Origin: Balanoglossus misakiensis
Taxonomy: Eukaryota; Animalia; Hemichordata
NCBI GenBank assembly: GCA_040954595.2
Contig: CM082598.2
Coordinates: 3,417,154 to 3,481,153, forward strand
Length of the DNA: 64,000 nucleotides
Direction: 5' to 3'
The position numbers and the translations under genes are program-made. This document shows, in pieces, positions 50,804 through 64,000 of the stretch (the first letter of the stretch is position 1; each line of letters opens with the position of its first letter). The notes beneath the pieces are model-generated. The model saw only the letters and a program-made list of their open reading frames with translations, made no database searches and had not been told where the DNA came from.

Positions 50804-53800
50804 TATGAATAGTCCGGGTCCATCCTCATTATGTTAAATGACATTCTTTACCATTAGCCTATATCAATATTTTATGAAGCTTTGTGCCAACGGCTGTTGG
50901 TGGATGATAATCAATTTTGAAATATGCTTAAGTGGGAAAATAATGTCAATATGTCAATTAGGAAATGCAAACTCTCCATTTTATGACTTCTGACAGGAAA
51001 ACAAGTACACCACTTTTTGTAAATTTACACAGTGCACTTCTAGTACTTATTGTCAAAAAAATTATTGTCAAAAGTTATAGAATAATTAAGTGACTCTTTA
51101 TCACTGGAGCATTGATAAGTATAACTTTGTCGGCATGGTTTAAGTATACAGTTATTGCCGGCATATGTTCATACATGTAAAATTAAATGTTTTCAATTTC
51201 ACTTTTACAGTTTGGTTTTTATTGCTTTTATTTAGCATCGCGCAAACATGCAGGTACAATAAAATTCGAAGATGACTTTATGCTGCCTACTAAGAACGTA
51301 TGCACAAACGTATTCCAACACACACAATATGCCACAATATCATCAGTATTCTGTGTGCTAACTGTACTCTTCTCATTTAAACATAGAAGATGCTCAGGCA
51401 TATGTTTTTCGTTACCTGCTGTTTTGTGTTGTAATAGCTAAGGGTTATTTCCTCCAGATGGATCTTACACATGCGAGGAGGTTGTACACGTATTAGAGTG
51501 TAAGACTATGTTCTCCACAATGATTTCTTGGCATATGCAGACAAGTCTTTAAGTTCCACCATCTAAGTAGTTATTACTTAAGACACATGCAATAAAGTTG
51601 ATGAAACCTGGGTAATACATGTCTTTAACTTTAATCCTCCTATGTGAATGCACAGCTTCTACTGATGTTTCTAGTATCAGGAAAGTTTGATGCGGCACAG
51701 TTAAAATTTCCAGGTAAACCCCCACCCTCAATGTTGGTTTATTAAATGTTAAGTCAATATCCCACAGTTTTAAGTCTGCACAGATATCATGTTGGCAAGC
51801 ATGAGTTGGGAATCTGTATGTCCCAATTATATGTTCCAGCCACAATCTCTGCATTTATGTGAATTACCTAATATGATTTAATGTACTAAATCGCTTCTGA
51901 GAAGTATTATAATTAAACGCCCCGCATGCTAGTAACAATTTTACTTCCCTTTACGGTGAAAGACATGGTAGATCATAATGATTGTCTAACTGGGTCAGTG
52001 GAATATCAAACGGTTTAATAAACATGCAGATTATAAGCTTCGACTAAATTGCCACTACAACAGGATCTGTGGTTATTGGTTCGTGTGGCCTTAACGCCTT
52101 GTGTGTTTAATGAATTTTGCCGGCGATACCTCGTAGTAACAGATGATTTACATTCATGTTTGTACACTTCGATTAACCTACATTTTCAGATAATACACTA
52201 AGAATTATAATTTTCAAACACGTATGTGCTACACTAGAATTATAATTTGCATTCACGTATAAGTATACATGTTGAATAATACTTTAAATTTGTGCAAATT
52301 GATTCTTTTAGGTCCGCATGCTCAAATGAAATCGAAACTCATTTGAAATGATGTGATGTGCAAATCTTACGAACATGTTTTCGACAACATCAGACGAATG
52401 CACACCGTGGCAATCAGCATATTGTGGTTTGCCAATCAAGAATGGCAAGGTTTCTATTTTTAAACATTCTGGTTTATTAGTTAATGGGAATTTTTCATTT
52501 GCAGTGGATATTCAAACGTCTGTTAGAATTACACAAGGAAACTAAACATTGCTGTTGATCCCTTCGAGTCATGAATTTACAGCATGCGAATATTAATATT
52601 TAAACCTTTGCCATGTTTTTCTTTACAAGATGACTGATAGAAAGCATTTACAAATGTCTGCAAACACCTGAGAACTTGAAAGCGAACGAAGACGCTTTAA
52701 CAGAACCCAATCTCTCAGCTCCGTCAGTTTCTATATTTCCTTTCTAATGTAGGAGTTAAAATAATAACCACATGTGTATGCAGAGGAGTGGGTGTACATT
52801 GTGAACGTGAGGACTTTGGAAACGTTCATTAATGATTGAAAGTGATGCCTAAATTGCCATAAAATTATCACCCAATGGAGGCAACTCTGTGAGTCACATT
52901 GAAGCAAATTGCCTGGATTAGAAACAGCATTCATCGTCAGCATTCAATGCATTTAAATGGCCGCGAAATGTAAAATATAAGCTTAATCAGCGACTTGGAC
53001 ATGTCAATCTGAATTTCTATTTCACGGTGACCTGAAAACTTTTAGCCTAACTTCGTGAAACATGACCAGGGTACTGTGAAAGTAATTTATTAATGCAGTC
53101 CAGAAAACAAAATGAGAGCAACACTGATGAACCAAAGGAAATTGGTTTTGTTTGACTTATAAAAGTGCAAAGGCCAGAGATTTCTGTGTCAAAATGCATT
53201 TGCCACTCACACACACATCTGAGCAAACATCCATGAAATAATTGGGGGTGTTTTAATATTTTAATTTAGGGTAGTTATTCATCAGTTATGACGTCATATG
53301 TATAATAATAAACCAGCAAATCCTTGTATAACACAATGAAAGTGTGAAGTTAATACGCAACACACAATGAACAAACCAATAAGCAAACATTAATAACTCT
53401 TTGTAATTTTCAGATGGTGCAGAACACTTTTAAAATAAGCTTTGTAGAGTCAGTTAAGTGTGTAAGATATGTGCATGCAGCTGTAGTCTTCAAACCATCG
53501 TATCAAAATGTAAATCTCACAATGTCGTCCTATAGTAAGATCACTTAAATAATATCTGCTGCTTTAAAGACCACGACGTTGTACTTTTCCGATCACATTA
53601 AGTCTTGGAATTGATTGACACCGAAGTATATGTTATTAACCCTGTTGCATTTTAACCAAGGCATCAAGGCCTATTTCTGTGGTAATCTGTTCATTTGCAC
53701 AGCACTTTATGAATTATCGATCGGCAGGCAGAATAGATCTGTCATTGAATTGATGGTGCAATATTGCAAGGGTTATAGTGTATAATCTTCCTTTCAAAGG

Positions 53801-55159
53801 CTTTAACGTCCACTGTGTGTTTTCTACTGCATTACGTGTTGATAGAATGCTTTCAACATGCATTAATAACTTCCCGCGTTTTTGACATTCGCGAATGTGT
53901 TCTAACCTACTTTTACTAATGTACGAATGTTGACTGCGTGCTTTGTCCACTTTACTGTGATAACTCCATATACATGTGAGTGACCCGTATTCTAAAAATA
54001 CCCACTATTAAATATTTCGACCGCACTTACTTCAGGGGAAATAGTTTAATTGAATGAAACCTTCAAGACTGATATCTGATATCTTCCTAAAATCGTGTAC
54101 AGCAGCAATTTGCGTTGCGCTGTAGAAAATGCGAAGAATCTGTCACGTATATGCACATATAGAAATTAGAGGTGACTGCATACTTTGAGTATCCTGAGAG
54201 ATATACCTTTAGAAGCATTGCACACTAAGCCAGTCGCAACTGACTGATGAAGATTTATTAAACTCAGGGCGTATATTTACCCTGAGGATCAGACGATGTC
54301 ATGGATAATACTGTCTGAATGATCCTGAATGAAAGAATTGTAAATAATCTAACAAGGGAGGACATGTTTTCTTCTGTACATCATTTTATCTGTCCATTTA
54401 GAATACATGCCAGGGCTAAGTGTTATTATGATTGTTCGCCTGTAAATAGAATGATTCTTTGATTCATAGTTTTCACTTAAACATATTGCATTCATCTTTG
54501 AAATTATAATAATCCTTTCATTTCAAAAGGTCACCATCACGCAAGGTCTTCATCGATTTATAATTTTTTGGTTAATTAATCACCAGCGTGTGTAACATAT
54601 TACTTTGAAATGATGATTTTGTATGTGTGAATGAAAAGTATGTCTTACGGGATCGTAAACTGTTCAAGATGGTAACATGCGTCTTCGTTATCTGATTAGT
54701 GATGTATCCAGACACCTCAAGTGGTGCAACTGCATGATTTGTATCGTAACAAATAATCAGTTGAATGCCCCATTTGATTAAATGTCTCACTTAATTACCT
54801 GAGTCGTCTGTCAGGAAATGTATTTACCGGATGGGAATTCTAATGCAAGGCTGGCAACATGTGGTGGGACAATTCCACCTATCAACTCTGGCGAGCATTA
54901 AGGTGTAGTTTAAGAGGGTGTACCTCATGAACGAACAGGGTTCAGACATGCACAGATATATGCAAGGGAAACAGCTTATCATACGTATACTGCATGCGAA
55001 TGAGGTGTATGTTGTGTTCTGACAAACTTGAAAAACAGATTGTATAACAGAGGTTATTAATCAATAATGCTCAACAGATACCTTTTCAGAGAGCTTTTAA
55101 ATAAATTCCTTGATTGAATTGAATTGATTTTATTTTTTATTATCATTATGTACATGTAG

Positions 55160-58100
55160 GAATCACCAGTGTCTCTGGCCAGGACGACTGCACAGTGGCG
55201 ACAACATTTGTCAGCAGAAAAGTCAATCACTCCGCTCTGCGAAATCATGTGATAACTTCACGGCATACAGGAACTTTGGGAAGGTGTGCGATAGTGTGCC
55301 AGACGACGATGAACTGTCGTTCTTTCAACTTCAACGGATTCACAGGGGACTGCGAGCTGAATGATGCATGCATGGATGACTTTGTGTACGATATGCAGAC
55401 GGACGTCAACTCCAGATACATACAGATGGTAGTTGGCGAGGTTGAGGTAATTAAAACAAAATCAGAAAACCCTCTTTAAAGTTTAAGTAAATATAAATGT
55501 TGTTTAATTGCATCTGTTTCATCATCACTAACAGTTTTGGGGGGATTTTTCTAAGAAAAAAAGTTTGTTTACTCAGAATGCTTTATAAATTTCTCCAATT
55601 TACGCCTTATATCCCCCACTTGTGTGAGCTCTATGCCTCTCTGTTGGAAAACTGTATCCAGATTTCATTTCGCTTGTCGTTTCTGTTGGAATTTTATCTC
55701 TGGATGAACATCCCCTGAATGTTTCTGTGAGAACTGATTATCTGGACTAATAATAATTGCAACTCCACTGTCTTTAGATTTTAGATGCAGTTTGTCAAGA
55801 CAGTCCGTGCGAAAACGGCGGAACGTGCAAGTTAAGTGACTGCGAGAGTGATGACGTCATTTCATGCGACTGTCCGGAAGGGTATAGTGGGCAGTACTGT
55901 CAAATAGGTATGAAATCACCCAATGAAGTGTCACCAAAATAAATCCAGTCATTGCAATCAGCTTTGATATGGTCATTTATCATGTCTTTCGTCTGTTGGC
56001 TGAGAAGGCAGTCACTGTATTCAAAATTTCCTAAGCCTCGTCATCCAGTCATCCAACTTACAAATATTTGTATCCATGGTTTTTGACGACAATTCTAAGT
56101 TGTCTGTGATTTTGTGATTTATTTTGTTGGTGAGTTTTGTTAACTGCAGGGGAAATTGAAATTATAATTGCATGCATGCACAATAATGCTTGAGGCCATA
56201 TCTATTCTGTATACCCTATGGTGTTTGTTTTTGTGATTTTGGTGCATTAGCCGCAATACAGTGGCCTAGTAAGAGCTGGAAAAAAACACCTAATTTTACC
56301 AACAGTAACTATGTCAGTACACCAATTACTTGAGGTAATTCTTTGTAAAGTTTTATTACTTATTTCCTCCTAATCTACCTTCTGCAAAAGCCAGTCAGCT
56401 AAAATAAAAATATACTACCGGTATACACTGCAAGCTATGTGCCCCAGGTATTCATAAAATCAGTAATTTGCAATTATAAATCTAGAATGTCTAAGGGAGG
56501 AAAAAAAGATGTTTGATTATTTCTGATTTGGAATCTTACACAGAGGGTGCTCCGTGTGAAGACCCGGGACCAGCGACAGCAAACGTCGTTTACAATGTAA
56601 GCGCTGGTGGCGGATTTGCCTATTTTTGGTGCGATGACGGTTACATCCTCCAGGGGTCTTCAACTCTCCGGTGTAGCCATGGCAACTGGAGCGATGACTC
56701 TCCAACGTGTCGCCGTGAGTATATAGTTGTCAATTATTCCTTTGTACTTTGCTTACATTTCCCTGCATGTTTAGCTTTGAAAAGAGTCTTAAATTGACGA
56801 AATTATGTATTATGTGTTCAAAGGGCATGGCTGAAGTGATGGTGCATTTTTTGGGGGGGCATGGCTACCCTCTGATTAGTTGCACGTCTACGTACCTATG
56901 GTCTGGTTTGCATAGGTGAACTGCATGTGTACAACCCCTCCCCTCTCTGTGACCTGGTTTCCCAATCACAAACATGCGCAGTATAGGCAGTCTTTTGCAT
57001 GTTTCATTGGTATTTTTTCGCATGGCTGTATACCTAGCCCCAAATAGAATTCTCCAGTTGGGTGCATGGATGTCCACGTGTCTGTTGTCAGATTTGCATA
57101 TAGGTGATGCGCAGTAGGCATTTTTCTGCATGTTTCATTGGTGTCATGTTTTCGCTTGACTACCCGAAAGGAAATCTCTGCAGTTGGTTGCATGTCCACG
57201 TGTCTGTGGTTAATTTGCATAGTTGACCTTATAACTGGTTAAAATTCCCTAATCACACACATGCACAGTAGGCACTCTTCTGCATGTTTCTATAATAAAG
57301 AGTAGAACTAGAAACTACAGTTAATTTATACCAAAATCAAAATTACCAAGAAAATAATACCGAAGCTTGATTAATAGGTAATTTTTGTATAAATTACAGA
57401 TTCATCTAACCCTACAACAACACTGTTATCGCCAACTGTGAGCGTAGCAGGATCCTTTGTACCTCATCAAGACCTAAACACTTTTTTATCCACAAGTATC
57501 ACTTCATTCACTATTGCTACCAATCATTATGTAGTGGTCACAAGTTTACAGGACGGGTGTATGATATACAGACTGGAGAATGGATATTTTTCATTTTATC
57601 AGGAGATTCTTATCGATTACCTATATGATGTAGAATTTGCAACAATCGGTGGCCAGCATATGATCTTCCTTGCCGTGGAACAACTTGGTGGTGCGTTCAA
57701 TACTGATTCTAAAATCTACGTGTGGGATAGTGATAGTTTTGTTTTCCACGATGATGTCGCAACTGTCGGGGCAAACGACTGGCACTACTTTGTACACTCA
57801 GGTGTTCATTACCTGGCGTTGGCCAGCGCACGCGAAGCTTTCAGTGATTACGAGACATCCACAAGCGCCCTCTACAAGTGGGATACACCGACATCCTCGC
57901 TCACCCTTTTACAAAACATTAACACGAAGGGATGTAAGAGCGTCACTTCATTCCTCCAAAACTCCAAAATGTACGTCGTGTTTTCAAATTCAAAAAAGAA
58001 TGACGCGTCTCTCCCTCAGTCTGAAGTGTTTAGACTCGCGGATGACGGAAATAGCCTCATTCACGTGCAGTTCCTTGTTGCTTCTTACACACACGACTCA

Positions 58101-58487
58101 GCTACATACTCACTATCTGGTAATTTTTATCTGACTCCCGCCATCAACTACAACACAATCCCCATAGTTTACAAATGGAATGACGCAACATTGAACTTTG
58201 ACCCATTCACTACTATATCCGGTATAACTTACGTCACAAAAGTTTGTCCATTTCAGTTAATCGGTCGCCAATTTCTCCTGTTTGCTGCTTTTTACAACCC
58301 CGCAACGTTACTGGTCGACGATGGAGTCTCTGATTTTGAAAAGTTCATTGAATTTCAAATGTCCAACACACCCATGCCTGCTGCTTTGGACTGTCACTCT
58401 GTGACAGTTCAAAGTGACACATATATTATGCTTGTATTGAGCGATTCAACCACACCCGTTAGAATTTATAGATGGGTTCCAACATGA
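55160..58487 (+). CDS. Putative secreted PAN/Apple-EGF-Sushi(CCP)-EAR/EPTP-repeat (TSPEAR/LGI-like propeller) protein A
   Basis: Exons 55160-55446 (PAN: CAIVCQTTMNCRSFNF...CELN), 55778-55907 (EGF: CQDSPCENGGTC...CDCPEGYSGQYC), 56544-56714 (Sushi: CEDPGP...CDDGYILQGSSTLRCSHGNWSDDSPTC), 57400-58487 (EAR repeats: SKIYVWDSDSF, LLQNINTKGCKSVTSF, IVYKWNDATLNF; stop at 58487). Intron phases 0,1,1 are consistent; no TM segment. Confidence 0.88.
56870..57290. repeat. Degenerate ~130-bp tandem repeat (about 3 copies) in an intron
   Basis: ATGCGCAGTAGGCA...TGCATGTTTC(ATTGGT) occurs three times and GTCCACGTGTCTGT...TTTGCATA-like blocks recur. Confidence 0.65.
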
Positions 58488-60430
58488 ATGTAATGCAGAA
58501 AACCATGCTGCAGGGTAGACTGACATTTGAGCACCTAATAATACAGTTTACACAAAGCCAGAAAGAACGTAAACACACTAACAAATTACAGATTTCCCTG
58601 AGAAAAATAGTATGCGACCATTTGCCCTTTTAATGATATTAGAATGCACGTCAGTGAATTAGAGATGATTGTACTATTTTCATTGTAAGCCTTGCCAGCA
58701 TAATTTAGGAGCATGTTTTACCTCTGACGGCTGAGAGAAATATTAGTTGGGGTTTGGCAAATTCATACTTTTTATACTGTCAGGTAAAAAAACTTGAAGT
58801 CAAAAGGACATTTTCTCACTGAATCCAATGAAACTTATTTTTGTTTCAAAATTTTACCACATGGCTTTTGATACTAATAACTGTGGTATCATATGTTCTT
58901 AAAACATCATGGGATGAAATACAGTTATTCGTCATCTCACACTATTTCGACCTTGACCGAATATTTCATAGAAAATGTAGATTGGGTCGGAGTGTGATAA
59001 AAATCAGTCATTTTCAAACTATAATGGTTAAAGTGGAGGTGTTTTATTGCAAAAGTGACATTTCTCTGGAATATTATTTTCTTAAATTGTAAATTCGCGA
59101 CATTGTACTGCTCTCCATTGCATGGAGTGCAGTGGTCAAATTTTACAGACAAAAAAACACGTGTTTCGATGCTCTGTGGTGTTGAATATGGCTGTAGCAT
59201 TAACTGATCATAAATCAAGGGGTGTAGATAAGCTCAAAGGTAGCTGTCAAAAATTCATGAGTAGACAGTGATGTTCAGTGGCAGTTACAAGTGGAACAGT
59301 GGCACAGGGCAGCCGTTTGTTTTTACCAGATACCGGCTCTTATAAACCCCCAACCCTCATGTGTTCAATCGTCAATCCATCAAATTTTGTCTCTCGAGTT
59401 CTTGTCCTTGTGCCAGAAAGTGTGCAATATTAAAAAACAACAAAACACGACACAAACATAGTAAAGAAAAAAAGATTACTGTTGGCATTTCGACAGCTAG
59501 GAATGTTCTTAGAATGCCCAAGATCCTTTTATCTTAACCGTCCATTTACCTTAAGAATATTCATTTAAATTTTTTGAACTGTAATGTCATCTTGACAATA
59601 TATATTTCTTTTTGTAAATTTTTCTCCAACACATAGAAAATATTGACAACTCAAAAACATCTTTGAATGTTTTTGAAACAACGATAACACCTTGTAATTT
59701 TTGAATAAATTGTAAAATAACAAACTGTGTCATTCTGTTACTACCGTACATATGACCCGCTTTACATTGAGTGAAATTAAAACTATTGTAAATTTATGAA
59801 TAATTACAAAAATAGTCCTTATCTATCTACAAATATTTTACACTTGTTATTTGTACATAATAATGAATTAAAGTAGACTTTTTGATTATCATCACATATT
59901 GGCACATGTAGCAATAAACATGATTGCAAAACAGGTTGTGTTTGTCGCACCAAGGGGTTGTTCACAAAAGACTTTGTGACCTTAAAATGCCATGGCAACA
60001 TAGAAAATTTCGTTCCATATTTGACATAATGAAATGTCAAGATGAACACCATACAGCTAACACAATGTTGTATAGTCGAATGGGAGCCGTATACAAAGTC
60101 GAGTGCCCTCACACGTTGGTTTCTGGTTTCCTTCCAAACAGAGCATCCTCACACGACAGAATTTCTATTTTAACTTAACCCCAAAAGGGCATACTTCAAA
60201 TTGTACATTTGTATAACATAAGCACTACTTTCATGGTCATGGAAATTATTCCTTGTGTTTTTCATCCAGTTGTCTGCAGTCAAAGTTTTGTTTGTGGAAT
60301 GTTCCAGGGCAATGTGATTTTCAAAATGGTTCACATATTACTCAAAACACACTGACAGTTTATATTATGTTAATTGTACAGTCACATGTTTTAAGTGTCC
60401 CCTGTACATCTTGTGGGTCTGTTAATTATT

Positions 60431-63400
60431 TCATCCAGACCATTCAAAGATGTATGATGTTGCACTGCCAATGTCCATACCAGTAATCAGGTGGTACTTT
60501 CCCCATGCATCGACGACATGGCAGACTTGAGTTTGCGAGAACGGGAAAAAAATATTTTGGTGGTTTACAAGTACACCGTTGTCTTCCCTGTAAACATCAT
60601 TCTTAATGCCCATGTTCTGCACAACAATGAAGGTAGTGGTGCCCAGAACAAATGGGCATGTTGAATATGAATTTGATGTGGGTATGGTGCCGTGCAGGAC
60701 AAAGTTGGTGCCATCCCACTTGTAATATGGTGAATTTGAGGCTGCGGTGAGAATGGTCGTAAGCAGGTGTGTTGTTCCGTTCATGCTAAACGGTTGCACC
60801 GAAAGGACTTTTTCTGTCTGAGACAAACTTTCTTTGAATATCAGAGTGGTGCCGTCTGCACTCAGGCGATAAACTTGCGACTGAACTGCGCCGGAATTAT
60901 CTTGCTCAAATGCGACGGCCAGATAGGTCACACCGGATATGACAAACGAGGCTGAGTGAGCAGCCCCCTTTGTTGGGATGTACTGTATATTATCGAACGT
61001 TTTGGTTCCAATGTTCCATTTGCGGAAATCACTGTTGATTTCATAGGACGCGTCGTCAAAACGGTTTGATATGAATACGTAGTACTCAGTCCCTGACGTG
61101 GTGTCAGCCTCGAAGAAGTGGAAATCCCTGCACCCTTTTGTGGGAATCGTCTGTTGTGATTGGAAATTTGTGCCGTCCCACAGAAAGATTTCTGAATTTG
61201 TAACATGCGTCGCACCCGTCGCGTCTTTTTCCATTGCTATCCCGAGCACGTGGTCAGAACCGATCAGCATGTATTCAACGTCGCGGGGATGGGGCGTGGC
61301 AATGTTATCCTGATACGCCACAAATTGCGAGGTCCCAACGTCATACCTCAGTATGTCCACATCAGATGTCACAGTGACATCACCATTTGGAACAGCAAGA
61401 TAAAGAACCCCGCTGATTGTAAAACTTGCCATGCGCCAAACACCGTTCTTTAAAATACCATTCTGAGTGGCGTCAAATAGGAAGGTGTCAGCTGAAAAGA
61501 AAAAGAAAAGTGTTATAGTAAATTTCAAACAAGTTTTATGAAATCATAAATAATATTGTGTCCACTTATTATTAAATTACTGTGTGTGAGAGAGAGAAAG
61601 AGTGGGGTTATAATATGTAATTATATAAAATGTGCAACTATCTATATATCATCTAAGACAGGCATTAGCAAATAAACAAAGGTATCCTCACTGACCATTG
61701 CAGGAAGCTGGCGCAGTTCCATTCCACACACCGTTGTAACAGTGGATGACGTCATCACCACCGACCATCTGGAAACCGTCGTAGCAGTCATAGAAGAGCA
61801 AGGTATTGTGATTTAAAGTCCCTGTTCTGTCGCAGTTAGCCGGTAAGCCTGGGTCAGTACAGTCCACTGAAACCGGGATATAGGACATGAATATTAATTT
61901 TCATTGGCATAATCATAAGATGAACACTAGGTGGCGCATTTCAGGTTTATAAATATATCTTCCACATTGAAACACATGCTTTACATGTCTAGATGGAAAA
62001 TGGTGTATATGACCGCTTTCCTTAATATAATAGGGATGACTGTGTTAGCAAATAATATATTAAGACTTTAGAACTATTAGCTACGATTACATGAACCTAA
62101 CTTAAAGGAAGTGATTTAGAGGTGTGATCATCAAAGGCTGAGACCATAATGTAAATTAATCGAGCCTCCTACTTTGCAAGTTACAGGGTTGTGTCGCCAT
62201 AAATTGTAGAGTTAAATTGTCTATGATGGTTTGAGCCAACAGTGGCATTCCGAGAGGACTGATCAAGGGAAATACAATGTACATGTATGTTCTCTAACCA
62301 AGATGCATTTCATAGATTTTACCATCACTAGCAGTTCATTTTGGCATTGATATAAGTAATGTATTGGTGTGAGGGATATATACTCACGCAGACATGAGGG
62401 CAGCGCATCCCAAACACCATTGTTACACGTGATAGGATTAGTTCCTTCGATAGAATATCCAGGGTCACAGGTGAAGGTCAACGTATCACCGTGATTCATG
62501 GAAGCTCCGGTTCTGACAGCGTTTGTTATGGTTCCTGGGTCAGAGCATCCAACTGCCGGATGAAAAAACATTAACGTATTCTAAAAATGTAAGATCTGTT
62601 CCAAAGTATAGGCCTATATCACATTCCACTTTCTTCACAAAGTGCAAGACACACTGTGTTTACTTAAATGTTGTGGCATACACGGTCACAAATTTACGTG
62701 CCGCAACTCTGCCGCATGCTTGCCGCAAAAAACAACTTCGTAAGGGAAGTCATCCTTGTCTCTCGTACTACAATTTTAAGTGGTTTAGGTTTTGAAGTCT
62801 GTGGAACTTCTCATATTTGCACAAGAAAATAATCAGAATAAAAGGACTTACTTCCTGTGCCTTCGCAATATGTCCCTGTGAATCCAATGGGACACAAACA
62901 TGAAAACCCACCATCTGAGCAGTCGGTCACGCATGTGCCGCCATTTTGACAGACAACGCCAGCACAACCTCCAATACTCATCTACAAAAGCATGAGAGAA
63001 AAGACATTTTAAATTCAGCACATCAGGACTATAGCAGGAGAAACTGACAATGACAGTATGTGATCAATTTCACCTTCAATGTAACTTAGTTTGGAAATTT
63101 TGTTACTTTGGAAAATATTGTGCTATAAAATAACTACCAACAGCTAGCTCCAGCTCATCTCCCTTTTATGGAAGCCAGTTGACAGTAGTCATTATTTAGT
63201 AAATTGTAAAGCACTCTTCTGCCTTTTCAGAAGTTATCATTCCAGTTGTTTTCAACTCACCATTGCAAGTTCATTGGCGACTTCGAAATAACTGGATCCC
63301 ATCTCCAACAAGAACTTGCTCGGGTCCACATCTTGACGACGGATGTTATTCAATTCACACGTACCGGAACTCTTTTTAAAATTCACTGACACGCATCCTG

Positions 63401-63770
63401 CTGTGTGCAGACACTTCAGACCGCAGCTTAACAAAGTCCCAGTTGTTGCCATGGAGATCATGTGTCCATTCAGAGTATAATCCGTAACTTTTTCTCTCAC
63501 GTAGATGTAATCCGTTAGTGCAGTTGGGCAGTAGTTTGGTTGGACTGAATGTGATAAAGTGATAAAAATTATGTAAATATTGTGATGATAATAATTTATA
63601 TAAAATCAAGAAAAACATTGATGAAATTCGATAAGTCTCTTACCTCCAACATCCTCACAGTATTTGCCTGTATACCCTGTTCTACAGTGACAGACAAACC
63701 CTTCATCAGAACAGTCACGATGGCAGGTTCCGCCATTTTGGCAGGTTATACCAAAACATGATCCACAGAC
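60431..63770 (-). CDS. Paralogous EGF-PAN-EGF-Sushi-Sushi-EAR/EPTP-repeat protein B; 5' end probably beyond the window
   Basis: Exons 63644-63770 (EGF: CFGITCQNGGTC...CHCRTGYTGKYC), 63261-63544 (PAN: CGLKCLHTAGCVSVNF...CELNN), 62852-62981 (EGF), 62388-62552 (Sushi), 61696-61866 (Sushi), 60431-61491 (EAR repeats: SEIFLWDGTNFQSQQTIPTKGCRDFHFF, IQYIPTKGAAHSASFVISGVTYLAVA). Phases are consistent. Confidence 0.88.
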
Positions 63771-64000
63771 CTATTTGAAAAAGACAAACTTGTGAGAACG
63801 AATGCATATTATATTGTGGTTGTGGCAAATCATTCGATAGCTACATGTAGATTCTGGTTGACCGCGGGTCTTCAAAACTATCAAACATTTATTTTGTAGT
63901 TCTGACACCAGTAATTGGCCAAAAATGAAGCCTTAAACCTTCTGGACACACCTGTACCAATTGACAGAGGAATGCCCCTTATGACTACCTGTGTAAAGAT

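Noticed and set aside
54928-55005. Proximal ATGs as an alternative first exon for the PAN-EGF-Sushi-EAR gene
   Set aside because: The encoded peptide (MNEQGSDMHRYMQGKQLII) is not a signal peptide and the donors are weak or out of phase; not fully excluded without RNA data

Overview
Eukaryotic, intron-rich, AT-rich animal genomic DNA (probably a marine invertebrate deuterostome; this is inference), with no prokaryotic features. The left 37 kb is a compact cluster of two head-to-head gene pairs. The first pair is DENND5/Rab6IP1 (minus strand, ATG 18443, runs off the left edge) and CDC37 (plus, 18771-22191). The second is an uncharacterised ~21-exon gene (minus, 33204-24989; acidic, coiled-coil and C2-like segments; last intron looks U12-type) and CHMP2A (plus, 34111-35593). 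A ~17 kb stretch with almost no coding sequence follows, containing a Kolobok-like element and a lone signal-peptide exon at 41997. The window ends with two convergent paralogues encoding extracellular-type mosaic proteins with an unusual PAN/Apple-EGF-Sushi(CCP)-EAR/EPTP beta-propeller architecture, the best candidate for an undescribed system. Introns hold several MITE families, two minisatellites next to splice donors and two short copies of exon/splice-acceptor junctions. Exon boundaries were read by eye from GT-AG sites and reading-frame continuity.
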